Made by a program: the position numbers and the translations under genes. Under the pieces are notes generated by a model. It was not told where the DNA came from, did no database searches, and was given only the letters and a program-made list of their open reading frames with translations. From Candidatus Brocadiia bacterium (GTDB lineage: Bacteria; Planctomycetota; Brocadiia; SM23-32), in NCBI GenBank assembly GCA_046538485.1, contig JBKHIT010000003.1, positions 32,001 to 96,000 of the forward strand: a stretch of DNA of 64,000 nt, given 5' to 3'. Each line of letters opens with the position of its first letter. Position 1 is the first letter of the stretch. Of the stretch, positions 1 to 9,184 are shown one piece after another.

Positions 1-6
1 TTCAAT

Positions 7-1350
7 TCACTGTGTACGGGCAGCGCCGAGCCGGTCGGCGATTTTGCGAGTTTCCTGGAGAGCTTCTTCGCGCGAATCGAGCTCGCCTTCCAATTGTTGT
101 TCCCGGATCTGCCCCAGAATCTCACCGAATGCCGGCCCCGGTTCATAGCCCATTTCAATCAGATCGTGTCCATCTACAAGGGGCTCGGGTTCAATTTCTT
201 CTTCCGAAAATTCACGTTTTTTCTTCAGGACATAATTGAGGTGGTCCAGGCATTTCCAGCTGGCCATAGCATCGGCCCGCACAATTTCGCATAAATCGTC
301 GAAGAGTGGTTCAGCGAACAATTTTTTGAGGGTGCTATCTTTCATCTTGTCGGCGTTATTGAAATACATGTGTCTTTTGACCAGCCACGTGATGTTCGCT
401 GTTTCGTTTTTCGATAGTTTGAGCCGCCTGCATACGTTTTGCGCGATTTCTTCGCCGATACGTTCGTGCTCGGGAAAGTGTTTCGGTTTTTCGCGACTGG
501 CTGCAGGTTTGCCAATATCGTGCAACAGAGCCGCCATCGCAAGCTCAAAAGAGGGATGAGGCCCGAGCTTTTGGACGGTCAACAGGGTATGGATAAATAC
601 ATCGCCTTCGGGGTGGTAGTTTTCGGGTTGTTCGCAGCCTTTTGTATCCCGCAGCTCCGGGAAAATTTCGGTGAGCATCCCCAGCTGGTCCATCAAACGG
701 AGCGAACGCGCGGGATTTTTATCGGTCAGTATAATCTTGAGTTCATCGCGGAGCCGCTCGGCGGAAACTTCTGTCACAAGGTCGCTGAGTTTCCCCAGCG
801 CCGCACGCGTTTCGGTTTCGATATTCAGATCCAATCTACCGGCGAACCGTACGGCTCGTATGATGCGAAGATGGTCTTCCCGGAACCGTTCTTCCGCTTT
901 GCCGATCGCCCGGAGAATGCCTTTTTTCAGGTCTTCCCGGCCGCCAATCAGGTCGATGAGCTCTTGGGCGACGGGGTCCCAGTACATGCCGTTGATTGTA
1001 AAATCGCGTCTCCGGGCGTCCTGTTCAAGGTCCGTAAAATTCACGTTTTCCGGGTGGCGGCCGTCGGTGTAGCCGTCTTCGGTCCTGAACGTCGCGACTT
1101 CAAACGCTTTGCCTTCTTTCAGGACGAGCACGACGCCGAATTTGGCGCCCACAGGTTTGGTGCGGGGGAAAATTTCTTGGATCTCTTCGGGACTGGCGTT
1201 TGTGGCGATGTCGTAATCTTTGGGCTTCTCGCCCGTAATAAGATCCCGGACGCATCCTCCGGCGAAAACGGCTTCGAATCCACGGGAGTGCAGATCGCGG
1301 ATAATCTCCCTGGCGGTTCGATAGGAATGGGTTTGTGGTTCGATCAACAT
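7..1350 (-). CDS. cca: CCA-adding enzyme / poly(A) polymerase family nucleotidyltransferase with HD domain
   Basis: Motifs AGGCVRD..KDYDIAT, RRDFTING, EDHLRIIRAVRF and SAERLRDEL, then HPEGDVFIHT and LLHDIGK (HD). Start set at ATG 1350 (ORF track extends to 1413). Confidence 0.9.
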   Translation of the reverse strand: MLIEPQTHSYRTAREIIRDLHSRGFEAVFAGGCVRDLITGEKPKDYDIATNASPEEIQEIFPRTKPVGAKFGVVLVLKEGKAFEVATFRTEDGYTDGRHPENVNFTDLEQDARRRDFTINGMYWDPVAQELIDLIGGREDLKKGILRAIGKAEERFREDHLRIIRAVRFAGRLDLNIETETRAALGKLSDLVTEVSAERLRDELKIILTDKNPARSLRLMDQLGMLTEIFPELRDTKGCEQPENYHPEGDVFIHTLLTVQKLGPHPSFELAMAALLHDIGKPAASREKPKHFPEHERIGEEIAQNVCRRLKLSKNETANITWLVKRHMYFNNADKMKDSTLKKLFAEPLFDDLCEIVRADAMASWKCLDHLNYVLKKKREFSEEEIEPEPLVDGHDLIEMGYEPGPAFGEILGQIREQQLEGELDSREEALQETRKIADRLGAARTQ

Positions 1351-1437
1351 GCTGATATCCCGCTGAGAATTTAGCGTTAAATCGATTATACACGGCCTGG
1401 ACCGTAGGCCCAAGGACAGGGATTGCCAGGCACCAGT

Positions 1438-1761
1438 TCATCCAGAGCCCAGCCCGATGAGCAGGAGGATGTTTCCGCGATCGGGAAAAAGATTTCTGAT
1501 TCGTTCCTTTTTGAAGATCTGAAAAATCATCAGGAGCAGAACGGCCAGAGTAAGGCTGAAACCGGCCGTGAAAAAAGGTCCTGAATAGAGAATGGCTTTC
1601 TTAAAGAGAGTCCCTGCGAGAGGAAAGAGAGCTGCGCACCCAAGCATAGCCCATCCGCCGCAGTCCCCGACAATGTGGAGGAACGGATCGAAAATGAAGT
1701 TCAGGTTTGATGCATAAGCGCGAGCGTCCTGTCTCTTGAACACGGTCGGGCGAGACTCCAT
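1438..1761 (-). pseudogene. Possible fragment of an EamA/DMT-type membrane transporter
   Basis: Short hydrophobic ORF (PFLHIVGDCGGWAMLGCAALFPLAGTLFKKAILYSGPFF) resembling the second half of EamA transporters; stops inside a hydrophobic segment. Confidence 0.3.
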
Positions 1762-1815
1762 ACTGGATATTCTGCCATTTGTAACAACCGGAACCTGACA
1801 AACAGGAGGAAGACC

Positions 1816-2520
1816 ATGAAAAGAGCGGTCCCGATGGCGTTGTTATTTTTACTGGCTTTGACCTTTTGGATCGAATGCACGACGGGAGGCAAGAAGATGG
1901 CCGAAGCGGTTGATTTGCCCGAACCAAAAAGCAAAGGAAAAGTGTCGCTTGAGGAAACGCTTGCGGGAAGACGAAGCCGACGGCATTTTAGGGAAAAATC
2001 CATTGCCCTGGGAGATCTTTCGCAGGTGCTCTGGGCCGCCCAGGGGATCACGGGAGCCCAGCACAAGAAACGCACGTGTCCTTCGGCGGGGGCAACCTAT
2101 CCCCTGGAATTGTTTGTCGTCGTGGGCAACGGGGGAGTGAAAGGCCTGGACGCTGGAGTCTACCATTATGAACCTGGCAGTCATTCTCTGAAAAAAGGCT
2201 TTGATCAGGACGTGCGGGAAAAACTCGCGCGAGCCGCGCTGCGGCAGCAATTTATTGGTCAGGCGCCGGTGAATATCGTGATTGCCGCCGATTACAGTCG
2301 GACGACGGGACGATACGGGGATCGGGGGCACCGCTACGTCCACATGGAAGTAGGACACGCCGGGGAAAATATTTACCTGCAGGCGGAATCATTAGGTTTA
2401 GGCACGGTGGCTGTGGGGGCTTTTGAAGACGATGATGTTGGGGAAGTCGTTCGGCTGCCCGATAAACTGGCTCCTCTCTACATCATGCCACTGGGGTATC
2501 CGACAGACCGTTCGCGGTGA
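1816..2520 (+). CDS. SagB/ThcOx-family nitroreductase-like FMN oxidoreductase
   Basis: RRSRRHF, LWAAQG, RTCPSAGATYPLE, EVGHAGENIYLQAESLGLGTVAVGAF. SD AGGAGG before 1816 and a second SD+ATG at 1897. Confidence 0.9.
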   Translation: MKRAVPMALLFLLALTFWIECTTGGKKMAEAVDLPEPKSKGKVSLEETLAGRRSRRHFREKSIALGDLSQVLWAAQGITGAQHKKRTCPSAGATYPLELFVVVGNGGVKGLDAGVYHYEPGSHSLKKGFDQDVREKLARAALRQQFIGQAPVNIVIAADYSRTTGRYGDRGHRYVHMEVGHAGENIYLQAESLGLGTVAVGAFEDDDVGEVVRLPDKLAPLYIMPLGYPTDRSR

Positions 2521-2670
2521 TTGAAAGTTGTTTCATGCCGAAGGATGCGGCAACAATTAGCCCTCCGTAGGAAACCCGATGGCGCTGCGCTGTTCTGGGA
2601 TGCGGGGGACCGGATCATTACGTATTTGCACACTTTGGGCGCATGCTGAGCCGTATCCTCTTCCCAGAGT

Positions 2671-2725
2671 TCCGCGTTCTGAACTCCGGCCCCGCAAAGG
2701 TGGTGCTGAAGTCCAGTCCGCTCAT
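2671..2725 (+). repeat. Dispersed short repeat family A (REP-like), copy 1
   Basis: tccgcgttctgaactccggc...gctgaagtccagtccgctca; near-identical at 37206-37250 (-) and 55252-55298 (+). Confidence 0.85.
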
Positions 2726-2939
2726 CTGCCAACGCCAGGGGACGGGACACGGGTGTGAACCGTACGGACCGTTGAGCATATGCGGGTCAAAGTTACAACG
2801 TTAGTGGCGAAATGACCCCCTGAATTCCGCCCCCGGATAGCGCGTCGCTTAGCCTTGCAATCGGCGAGAGAACTGTTATCCTGTGCCGGTTGTTATCGGG
2901 CGTTCCGCGCGCCTATCGTGCCACTTATGGATGTGTCCC

Positions 2940-4148
2940 ATGAAGATACGTTTTGTTCCTTTCGAAAAACTTCCCTACAGCGACACCAGCTGGGCTCTCA
3001 TTGAGGGGCCGGACGATTGTGTTTACGCGGCGTCGTGTTGCGAAATGACAGCCGGGGGAACGGTATTTGTCGTTCGGTATGATCCGAAAACCGAGAAGCT
3101 CGAGTACCTGCTGGATGTTGCTGAAGCAGTGGGGCAAAGCCCGCAGAACGATCGGGCGACTCAATGCAAGATTCACTACAGTATGCTGGTGGACGACGAA
3201 GGGGTGATGTACGGGGCGACCCACCTGAGCGGACCCGCAAAATCTCAGCTTCAGTATAATCCCTGGAGCACTTTTGACGACCCCCGGCGCAGTTACGTGG
3301 GATCGCGGATGTTCGCGTACGACTGTGGGGTGGAAAAGGTCCTCTGGACCGATACGCTTATCCCCTGGGAAGGCTGCCGGTGTCTGGCTCTCGATCAGAA
3401 ACGGCGACGTCTCTACGCGGTGGGATATCCGCGGGACCACTTTTATATGTGGGAAATTGATACCCACCAGCGTCACGATCTCGGCCGGATCGGTTCGGTT
3501 AACCCCCAGGCTATCTGGCTGGATTCTCGAGATCGGGCTTACACGACCACAGACTACGGAAAGATACTGGTTTATGATCCTGAAAGGGAAGACTTGAGCC
3601 AGACCGATCTTCAAACGCCGTGCGCGCCTTATCAGAAGGGCTGGCACAACGTTGTTTACGATGCTGTTAAAGTGCCGGGCACCGACGACGTTGTGGGGGT
3701 GAACTGGAACCTGGCTCCGTATCTTTTCCGCTTCAGCCCGGGTGATAAAAGTGGTACCGGGAGATTGCAGAATCTTGGGCCTGCAAGCCCCGGCATCGAA
3801 GGCCGAAAGCTGCGGGGTGTCAATACGGACCACGCAGGAGGGCTTGTTTTCACCGCCGGAGGGGAACTGTTGTTTTCGGTTAGTCGCACACGCGGGGCCG
3901 GCGCCTCGGGGCGCGTAGCCACCTTAAAGAAAATGGATCTGGAGTCGCGGGAAGTGGAAGTTCTGGGGGATCTTGTGGACGAAACTGGTGTTGAGATCGC
4001 ATACATAAGCCGGGCCGTAAGGATCGGCCCTCGCGATCTGGTGATGGGGGTGGTGGGGCGTATCCCGACAGGCATTGTGCATGTCAAACTCGATGAAGAG
4101 CTGGCCAACGGCCCCTATCAGGAAACACAGAGACGATATTGGGGTTGA
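2940..4148 (+). CDS. Uncharacterised beta-propeller-like protein
   Basis: Repeated blade-like motifs (YDPKT, YDPER, DLG), QCKIH motif, no signal peptide. Start set at ATG 2940. Confidence 0.7.
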   Translation: MKIRFVPFEKLPYSDTSWALIEGPDDCVYAASCCEMTAGGTVFVVRYDPKTEKLEYLLDVAEAVGQSPQNDRATQCKIHYSMLVDDEGVMYGATHLSGPAKSQLQYNPWSTFDDPRRSYVGSRMFAYDCGVEKVLWTDTLIPWEGCRCLALDQKRRRLYAVGYPRDHFYMWEIDTHQRHDLGRIGSVNPQAIWLDSRDRAYTTTDYGKILVYDPEREDLSQTDLQTPCAPYQKGWHNVVYDAVKVPGTDDVVGVNWNLAPYLFRFSPGDKSGTGRLQNLGPASPGIEGRKLRGVNTDHAGGLVFTAGGELLFSVSRTRGAGASGRVATLKKMDLESREVEVLGDLVDETGVEIAYISRAVRIGPRDLVMGVVGRIPTGIVHVKLDEELANGPYQETQRRYWG

Positions 4149-4162
4149 ATTGGAGGAGAGAA

Positions 4163-5413
4163 ATGCGCCCGGATCTTGACAATCGCAATTGGCCCGTTCC
4201 GTTCAACCGGCGAGCGAGAAAAGAAGCTCCGAAGCAAGCCGGTTTGTTGCATCAGGCCGGAACGCGTTCGTTTGTTTCGGAAGGTTATGTCCTCGCGAAA
4301 GAGCTGGCAATTAAGGGCACGCTTCGGCCTCTGCCCCCCGGAGAGTCGGCTATTACCGCGCTGGAAGTGGGGCGGAAGTATGTGTTCGGGGCCACTTCGG
4401 GAAGACGAGCACACGTATTTGCATACAATCCTGAACCGGCAAGAGAGGCTGTGATTCCTGTCGCCTGTCTGGAAGAGCATGCGGGTGTGCGCAATTCCCT
4501 CATCTGGCTCGATGGATATGGTCTGGTAGCGGGGACGACCGGTGGCGTCGAGGACGATTCCAAGAGTGGAGAGCTGTTCCGAATTCCCGTGCCGCACGTG
4601 GGAGATGTCATTCAAGAATGGGGCGGAAGTCCTTCCGAACCCGAAGCTCTCGGCGTGCCGGTGAAAGGAGAAGGAATTGCGTGCATGGTGGGCGATCCAG
4701 CCCGACGTATGGCTTATGGGCTGACGGCTGAGACGGGCATGATTTTTGGGTTTGATGCCAAAAATGAGGAGATTCGATGTTACGAACCTGTTGATCAGCT
4801 CGGGCGGTTCAGTCCTCATCTTTTGATGGGGCCCGATGGGTTTCTCTACGGATGTGCGACGGCCGGACAGATCATCCAATGGGATCCTGACCGCGAAGAA
4901 TCACGGGAGACAGGATTGTTTCTGCCCAGCATGGCGGGGCGCTCCAACTACAGCGAAGTGGGGGATTGGGCTCTCGATGTGCAGTCCGGACTCATTTATG
5001 CCGGGGATGTGGCCGATGGGTTGGTCTCGATGATCGATGTGGCCGCGGGTGAAGTTCGTGTGCTCGGAAAACCAACGAGACAGTCGCACGTTCGGGCTAT
5101 TGCCGTCGCGGCGGACGGACGGGTTTACGGTGTTGCGGGCGAGCGGGATAAGATCTGCCACCTGTTTTGCTACCATCCTCCGACCCGGGAGATGCGCGAT
5201 CTCGGCGTGCTTGTTGCCGGAACGGAAAGGCGCTGGTACGGGTATGAATTCGAATGCGCTGTGGCCAGCGCAGACGGACGCGTGTATTTCGGCGAAAGCG
5301 AAAGGGTAAGCCATTTGTTCGTGTATTTCCCGCCGTTGAAACCCGTGACAGGCACGGAGTCAAGCTGCCTCGAAGCCCCGAAAGAAATCGGTCCCTCCGG
5401 CAGTCAGTTATAG
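4163..5413 (+). CDS. Uncharacterised beta-propeller-like protein
   Basis: SD GGAGG before ATG 4163; repeated GPDG/ADGRVY/WDP/DLG blades; 14 bp downstream of the previous gene. Confidence 0.7.
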   Translation: MRPDLDNRNWPVPFNRRARKEAPKQAGLLHQAGTRSFVSEGYVLAKELAIKGTLRPLPPGESAITALEVGRKYVFGATSGRRAHVFAYNPEPAREAVIPVACLEEHAGVRNSLIWLDGYGLVAGTTGGVEDDSKSGELFRIPVPHVGDVIQEWGGSPSEPEALGVPVKGEGIACMVGDPARRMAYGLTAETGMIFGFDAKNEEIRCYEPVDQLGRFSPHLLMGPDGFLYGCATAGQIIQWDPDREESRETGLFLPSMAGRSNYSEVGDWALDVQSGLIYAGDVADGLVSMIDVAAGEVRVLGKPTRQSHVRAIAVAADGRVYGVAGERDKICHLFCYHPPTREMRDLGVLVAGTERRWYGYEFECAVASADGRVYFGESERVSHLFVYFPPLKPVTGTESSCLEAPKEIGPSGSQL

Positions 5414-5649
5414 GCTCCGGTTACGAGTCAGGGAGAACCGGGGAAAAGTTCACAGAAAGCTTTTTTCTGTGCTGCAGCGGGTCTTGAGTGTTTGAGGCTC
5501 AGCCCACAGACAGGTAGAATAGGCGCGAAGAGGCCGGGCTATCGGGTTGTTATCCATATTCTTGCAAAAGTTGGGAGAAGATAGATCTTCTCGTAGAATC
5601 TGAAATTTCCAGATTGCGGACGAGTAAAAAGTGGCCGAGGTTCATTTGT

Positions 5650-7515
5650 ATGGATCAAAAGACAACAGGATCAGCAGCGGGTTATTACGCGATTGTGGTG
5701 TTGACAGCTATTGCGCTGTATAGCGCCACTCTGGCCGCTGGATTTGTGTCGGATGATCGCCCTCTGATCCTTGAGAGTAGCAGGATTCACAGTCTTTCGG
5801 AGGTATCAGGGTATTTCCTGGAGCCCTTTTCACAAAAAAGCCAGGTTGGTCGAAGTGCTCAGTACTACAGGCCTGTTGTATCGACCAGTTTCGCGGTGGA
5901 TTATGCGATAGGCGGGCCACGAGGGGCCTGGTGGTTTCATCTCACGAATATGATGGCGTATGGAGCATGTGCAGCGGCGGTTTTCGCTTTGCTGATGTTT
6001 CTGACGGACAATCGAGACGCATCATTTTTCGGGGCAATCGGTTTCGTAGTCTTGCCCGTCCACGTCTCATCTGTGTGCTGGATCTCAGGGCGGACGGATA
6101 TTTTCGCGTTGCTTTTTGCGGCGATGGCGTTGTTGTGTTTATTAGAAGGGCGCGCTGCCGAAAGGAGGCCCACCTCCTGGTTTTTGCTGGCATTTATATT
6201 TTCTCTTCTGGCGATGTTTTCGAAAGAAGTTGCGCTGGTTCTTATCGGTCTTTGGGCTGTTTTCGAAATTGCCATGGGCCGTAAAGAGCGCTTTAATGCC
6301 GGTATTCTGAGGCGTGCTTTTGCTGGAGGAGTTCTTGTGTGCGCGACCGTGATCTATCTGATTTTTCGGTGGCGGGCCATCGGCGCACTGGGAGCTGGAG
6401 ACGCGGCTCGCAATTTTGATGTTATGAGCTTAAAAGGTATTGCGACGATATGTCGGTGTTTGCTTTCGTATCTGGGAAAACTCGCACTGCCTGTGCAGTT
6501 GAGTTTCGGGTATGAATTTGATCCTTACTCGAGCCTTAGCTGGGAGCCGATAGGGATGCTTATCGGTGGCGGTGTCTTGGCATTAATCACCGTTTATGCT
6601 CTGGTGAGACGGCCTCTGGTAGGATTTGGGTTGAGCTGGATTTGGCTGGGCCTAACACCCGCGTTAAATTTCGTGCCGATCAATGAGATTGTTGCTGAAA
6701 GGTTCTTGTTCTTGCCATCGGTTGGTTTCTGTTTGCTGCTGGCGGTGGCCTTGATGGATATTACGCAGAAGAGTAACGAGGGCCTTTCGCGTGCAGCAAT
6801 GATCGCTGGAACCATTTTGATTATAGGATGGGCCACGAGAGCCGTTGCGGCCATTCCGATATGGCGTTCCCAGAGGACTCTGTATTTCTCGACATTACGT
6901 ACAGCGCCGACCCGGCCGCTTTCCCACGTGATGACGGGGGAAATTTATCTGGACGAGGTTCCTGTTCCCAAGCGAGCGGCGGTGCATTATCGTGCGGGGT
7001 TGCGTTATGCCGAAGAGAGGATTGTCGTACGACAACTCGCCCACACTCAACTTGGCAAAATTTACTCCCGGGAAGGGCAGCTTTTTGGAGCAAGCTGCCA
7101 TTTGAGTCGAGCCTACAGGCTCAACCCGACTGGAAGAGGGGCGGCGGATGAACTGGCAGGAATTTATGTCAAAGCGGCGTTCTGGTGTTTGGGACAAATG
7201 AACGATCCGCGCCGAGCGCTTGCTATACTGGCGAAAGCAGAGAAAATGGATTCCGATGCGAGGATGCTGCATTATCTGAAAGGGGTGGCACTCGCGCAGC
7301 TAGGCAAATTAGAGGATGCCAGGGATGCCTTGATATATACGACTCGCAAGCATCCGGATCTGGCTGTGGCTCATCGGCAGCTGGCTGTCGTGTATGAAAA
7401 AATGGGCAAATTGAGTCGCGCATTGCGGGAAGCAGAGCATGCTTTTAAAATAGACCGATCTCCGGAGAGCGAGACGCTTGTTGAGCGCATCAAGGAAAAA
7501 ACAAATTTGCGATAA
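5650..7515 (+). CDS. TMTC-like GT-C fold membrane glycosyltransferase with C-terminal TPRs
   Basis: FVSDD loop, YYRP, FHLTN, WISGR, SKE, AERFLFLPS; about 10-11 hydrophobic segments followed by helical TPR-like repeats. Confidence 0.8.
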   Translation: MDQKTTGSAAGYYAIVVLTAIALYSATLAAGFVSDDRPLILESSRIHSLSEVSGYFLEPFSQKSQVGRSAQYYRPVVSTSFAVDYAIGGPRGAWWFHLTNMMAYGACAAAVFALLMFLTDNRDASFFGAIGFVVLPVHVSSVCWISGRTDIFALLFAAMALLCLLEGRAAERRPTSWFLLAFIFSLLAMFSKEVALVLIGLWAVFEIAMGRKERFNAGILRRAFAGGVLVCATVIYLIFRWRAIGALGAGDAARNFDVMSLKGIATICRCLLSYLGKLALPVQLSFGYEFDPYSSLSWEPIGMLIGGGVLALITVYALVRRPLVGFGLSWIWLGLTPALNFVPINEIVAERFLFLPSVGFCLLLAVALMDITQKSNEGLSRAAMIAGTILIIGWATRAVAAIPIWRSQRTLYFSTLRTAPTRPLSHVMTGEIYLDEVPVPKRAAVHYRAGLRYAEERIVVRQLAHTQLGKIYSREGQLFGASCHLSRAYRLNPTGRGAADELAGIYVKAAFWCLGQMNDPRRALAILAKAEKMDSDARMLHYLKGVALAQLGKLEDARDALIYTTRKHPDLAVAHRQLAVVYEKMGKLSRALREAEHAFKIDRSPESETLVERIKEKTNLR

Positions 7516-7551
7516 ATCCGAGAAGAATAGCAAGGGGGTTGGAGGAAACGA

Positions 7552-9063
7552 ATGGAAAAAAACAGCGGAGTGACAGCCAAAGATCTTTTTCAGCATGGCA
7601 GGGGCATAACGTACGATGATTTTATTCTCCTTCCCGGATATATTTCCTTCGGGTTGGATGATGTCGATATGGAAACTCAGCTCACCCGTGAAATAAGCCT
7701 GAAGAGACCTGTCGTCAGTTCTCCCATGGACACGGTGACAGAAAGCGAGATGGCTATTCGTCTTGCCCTTCTGGGGGGTATAGGGTTCATACACTATAAT
7801 AACACCGTGGAGGAACAGGTTCAGCACGTCTCCCACGCAAAACGGTTTGAGAACGGCTTTATAACCGATCCGGTGGTTCTTTCGCCCGATGATCGGATCG
7901 AAGATGTGGACCAGATTAAAGAAGAACACGGTTTCAGCGGAGTTCCGATTACCGAGGATGGAGAGCTTGGCAGCCAATTGGTAGGGATTGTGACCCGTCG
8001 AGATGTCGATTTCGAACCGAATCGTCAACGGTTGTTGAAGGAGGTTATGACAAGTGATTTAGTGACGGCGGCGGAGGGAATTACTCTGGAGGAAGGGAAC
8101 CGAATTCTTAAGGAAAGCAAGAAGGGTAAGCTGCCTATTGTGGATGATGATGGGAATTTGGTGTCGCTGATGAGTCGCACCGACCTTCGGAAGAATCAGG
8201 ATTTTCCCCTGGCAAGCAAAGACCCTTCGAAACAGCTGTTGGTTGGCGCGGCGGTAGGAACGCGAGAATGGGACCGGAAGCGCCTTGAAGCCCTCGTTGA
8301 CGCCGGGGTCGATGTTGTTGTATTCGACAGTGCTCAGGGTTATTCATCTTTCCAGACCGAGATTGTGAAATGGGCAAAAAGTCATTTCCCCGATCTCCAG
8401 ATCGTTGGTGGTAACGTTGTGACGGTAGAACAGTGCCGTGGGCTGATCGATGCCGGCGTTGATGCGTTGCGGGTTGGTATGGGCAGCGGTTCGATCTGCA
8501 TAACGCAGGAAACCGTGGCTGTTGGGCGTTCCCAGGGCTGTGCTGTGTACGAATGTGCAGCATTTTCACGGGACAAAGGTGTTCCTGTCCTTGCCGATGG
8601 GGGAGTTCGTTCAATCGGGCATATTGCCCGTGCCCTGGCGATTGGAGCTTCGACCGTTATGATGGGTTCCATGCTGGCCGGAACTGATGAAGCCCCGGGC
8701 GAGTATTTTTACGAAGGTGGAGTGCGACTTAAACGATATCGAGGTATGGCTTCCCTTGAAGCCATGGAAGAAGGTGGGGACAAGCGCTATTTTACGGAAG
8801 ACCAGCCGCTCAAAGTTGCTCAGGGCGTCAGCGGTGCCGTAGTGGATAAGGGATCGGTTGTCGATTACATACCATATCTTATGCAGGGCGTGAAACATAC
8901 AATGCAAGATATGGGTTATCGGACGCTCCAGGAGCTTCATGAGGCGCTGTATAAAGGCGAGCTTCGGTTTGAATCTCGAAGCATGTCAGCCCAGAAGGAG
9001 GGGAGCGTTCACAGCCTGCATTCCTTTAACGAACCACACCGTTTCACTCCGAGAAAAAAGTAA
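7552..9063 (+). CDS. guaB: Inosine-5'-monophosphate dehydrogenase with CBS pair (eukaryote-type signatures)
   Basis: [12 protein letters not shown] subdomain, catalytic loop [33 protein letters not shown]. Confidence 0.97.
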   Translation: MEKNSGVTAKDLFQHGRGITYDDFILLPGYISFGLDDVDMETQLTREISLKRPVVSSPMDTVTESEMAIRLALLGGIGFIHYNNTVEEQVQHVSHAKRFENGFITDPVVLSPDDRIEDVDQIKEEHGFSGVPITEDGELGSQLVGIVTRRDVDFEPNRQRLLKEVMTSDLVTAAEGITLEEGNRILKESKKGKLPIVDDDGNLVSLMSRTDLRKNQDFPLASKDPSKQLLVGAAVGTREWDRKRLEALVDAGVDVVVFDSAQGYSSFQTEIVKWAKSHFPDLQIVGGNVVTVEQCRGLIDAGVDALRVGMGSGSICITQETVAVGRSQGCAVYECAAFSRDKGVPVLADGGVRSIGHIARALAIGASTVMMGSMLAGTDEAPGEYFYEGGVRLKRYRGMASLEAMEEGGDKRYFTEDQPLKVAQGVSGAVVDKGSVVDYIPYLMQGVKHTMQDMGYRTLQELHEALYKGELRFESRSMSAQKEGSVHSLHSFNEPHRFTPRKK

Positions 9064-9184
9064 CTTTCGAGTGCCCTCCCGTTTGATGTATCATCGATAG
9101 TGGTTTCCTGCGGCTGTTCCGCGGTCGAAGCGTTATTATTGTATCTGCTTGTTAAATGTGGTTTTAGTGAACACTGGGTAGCGG

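Noticed and set aside
1816..2520. RiPP (azole-containing peptide) cluster suggested by the SagB-like gene
   Set aside because: No YcaO, E1-like protein, precursor peptide or transporter nearby; stand-alone members of this family are common.
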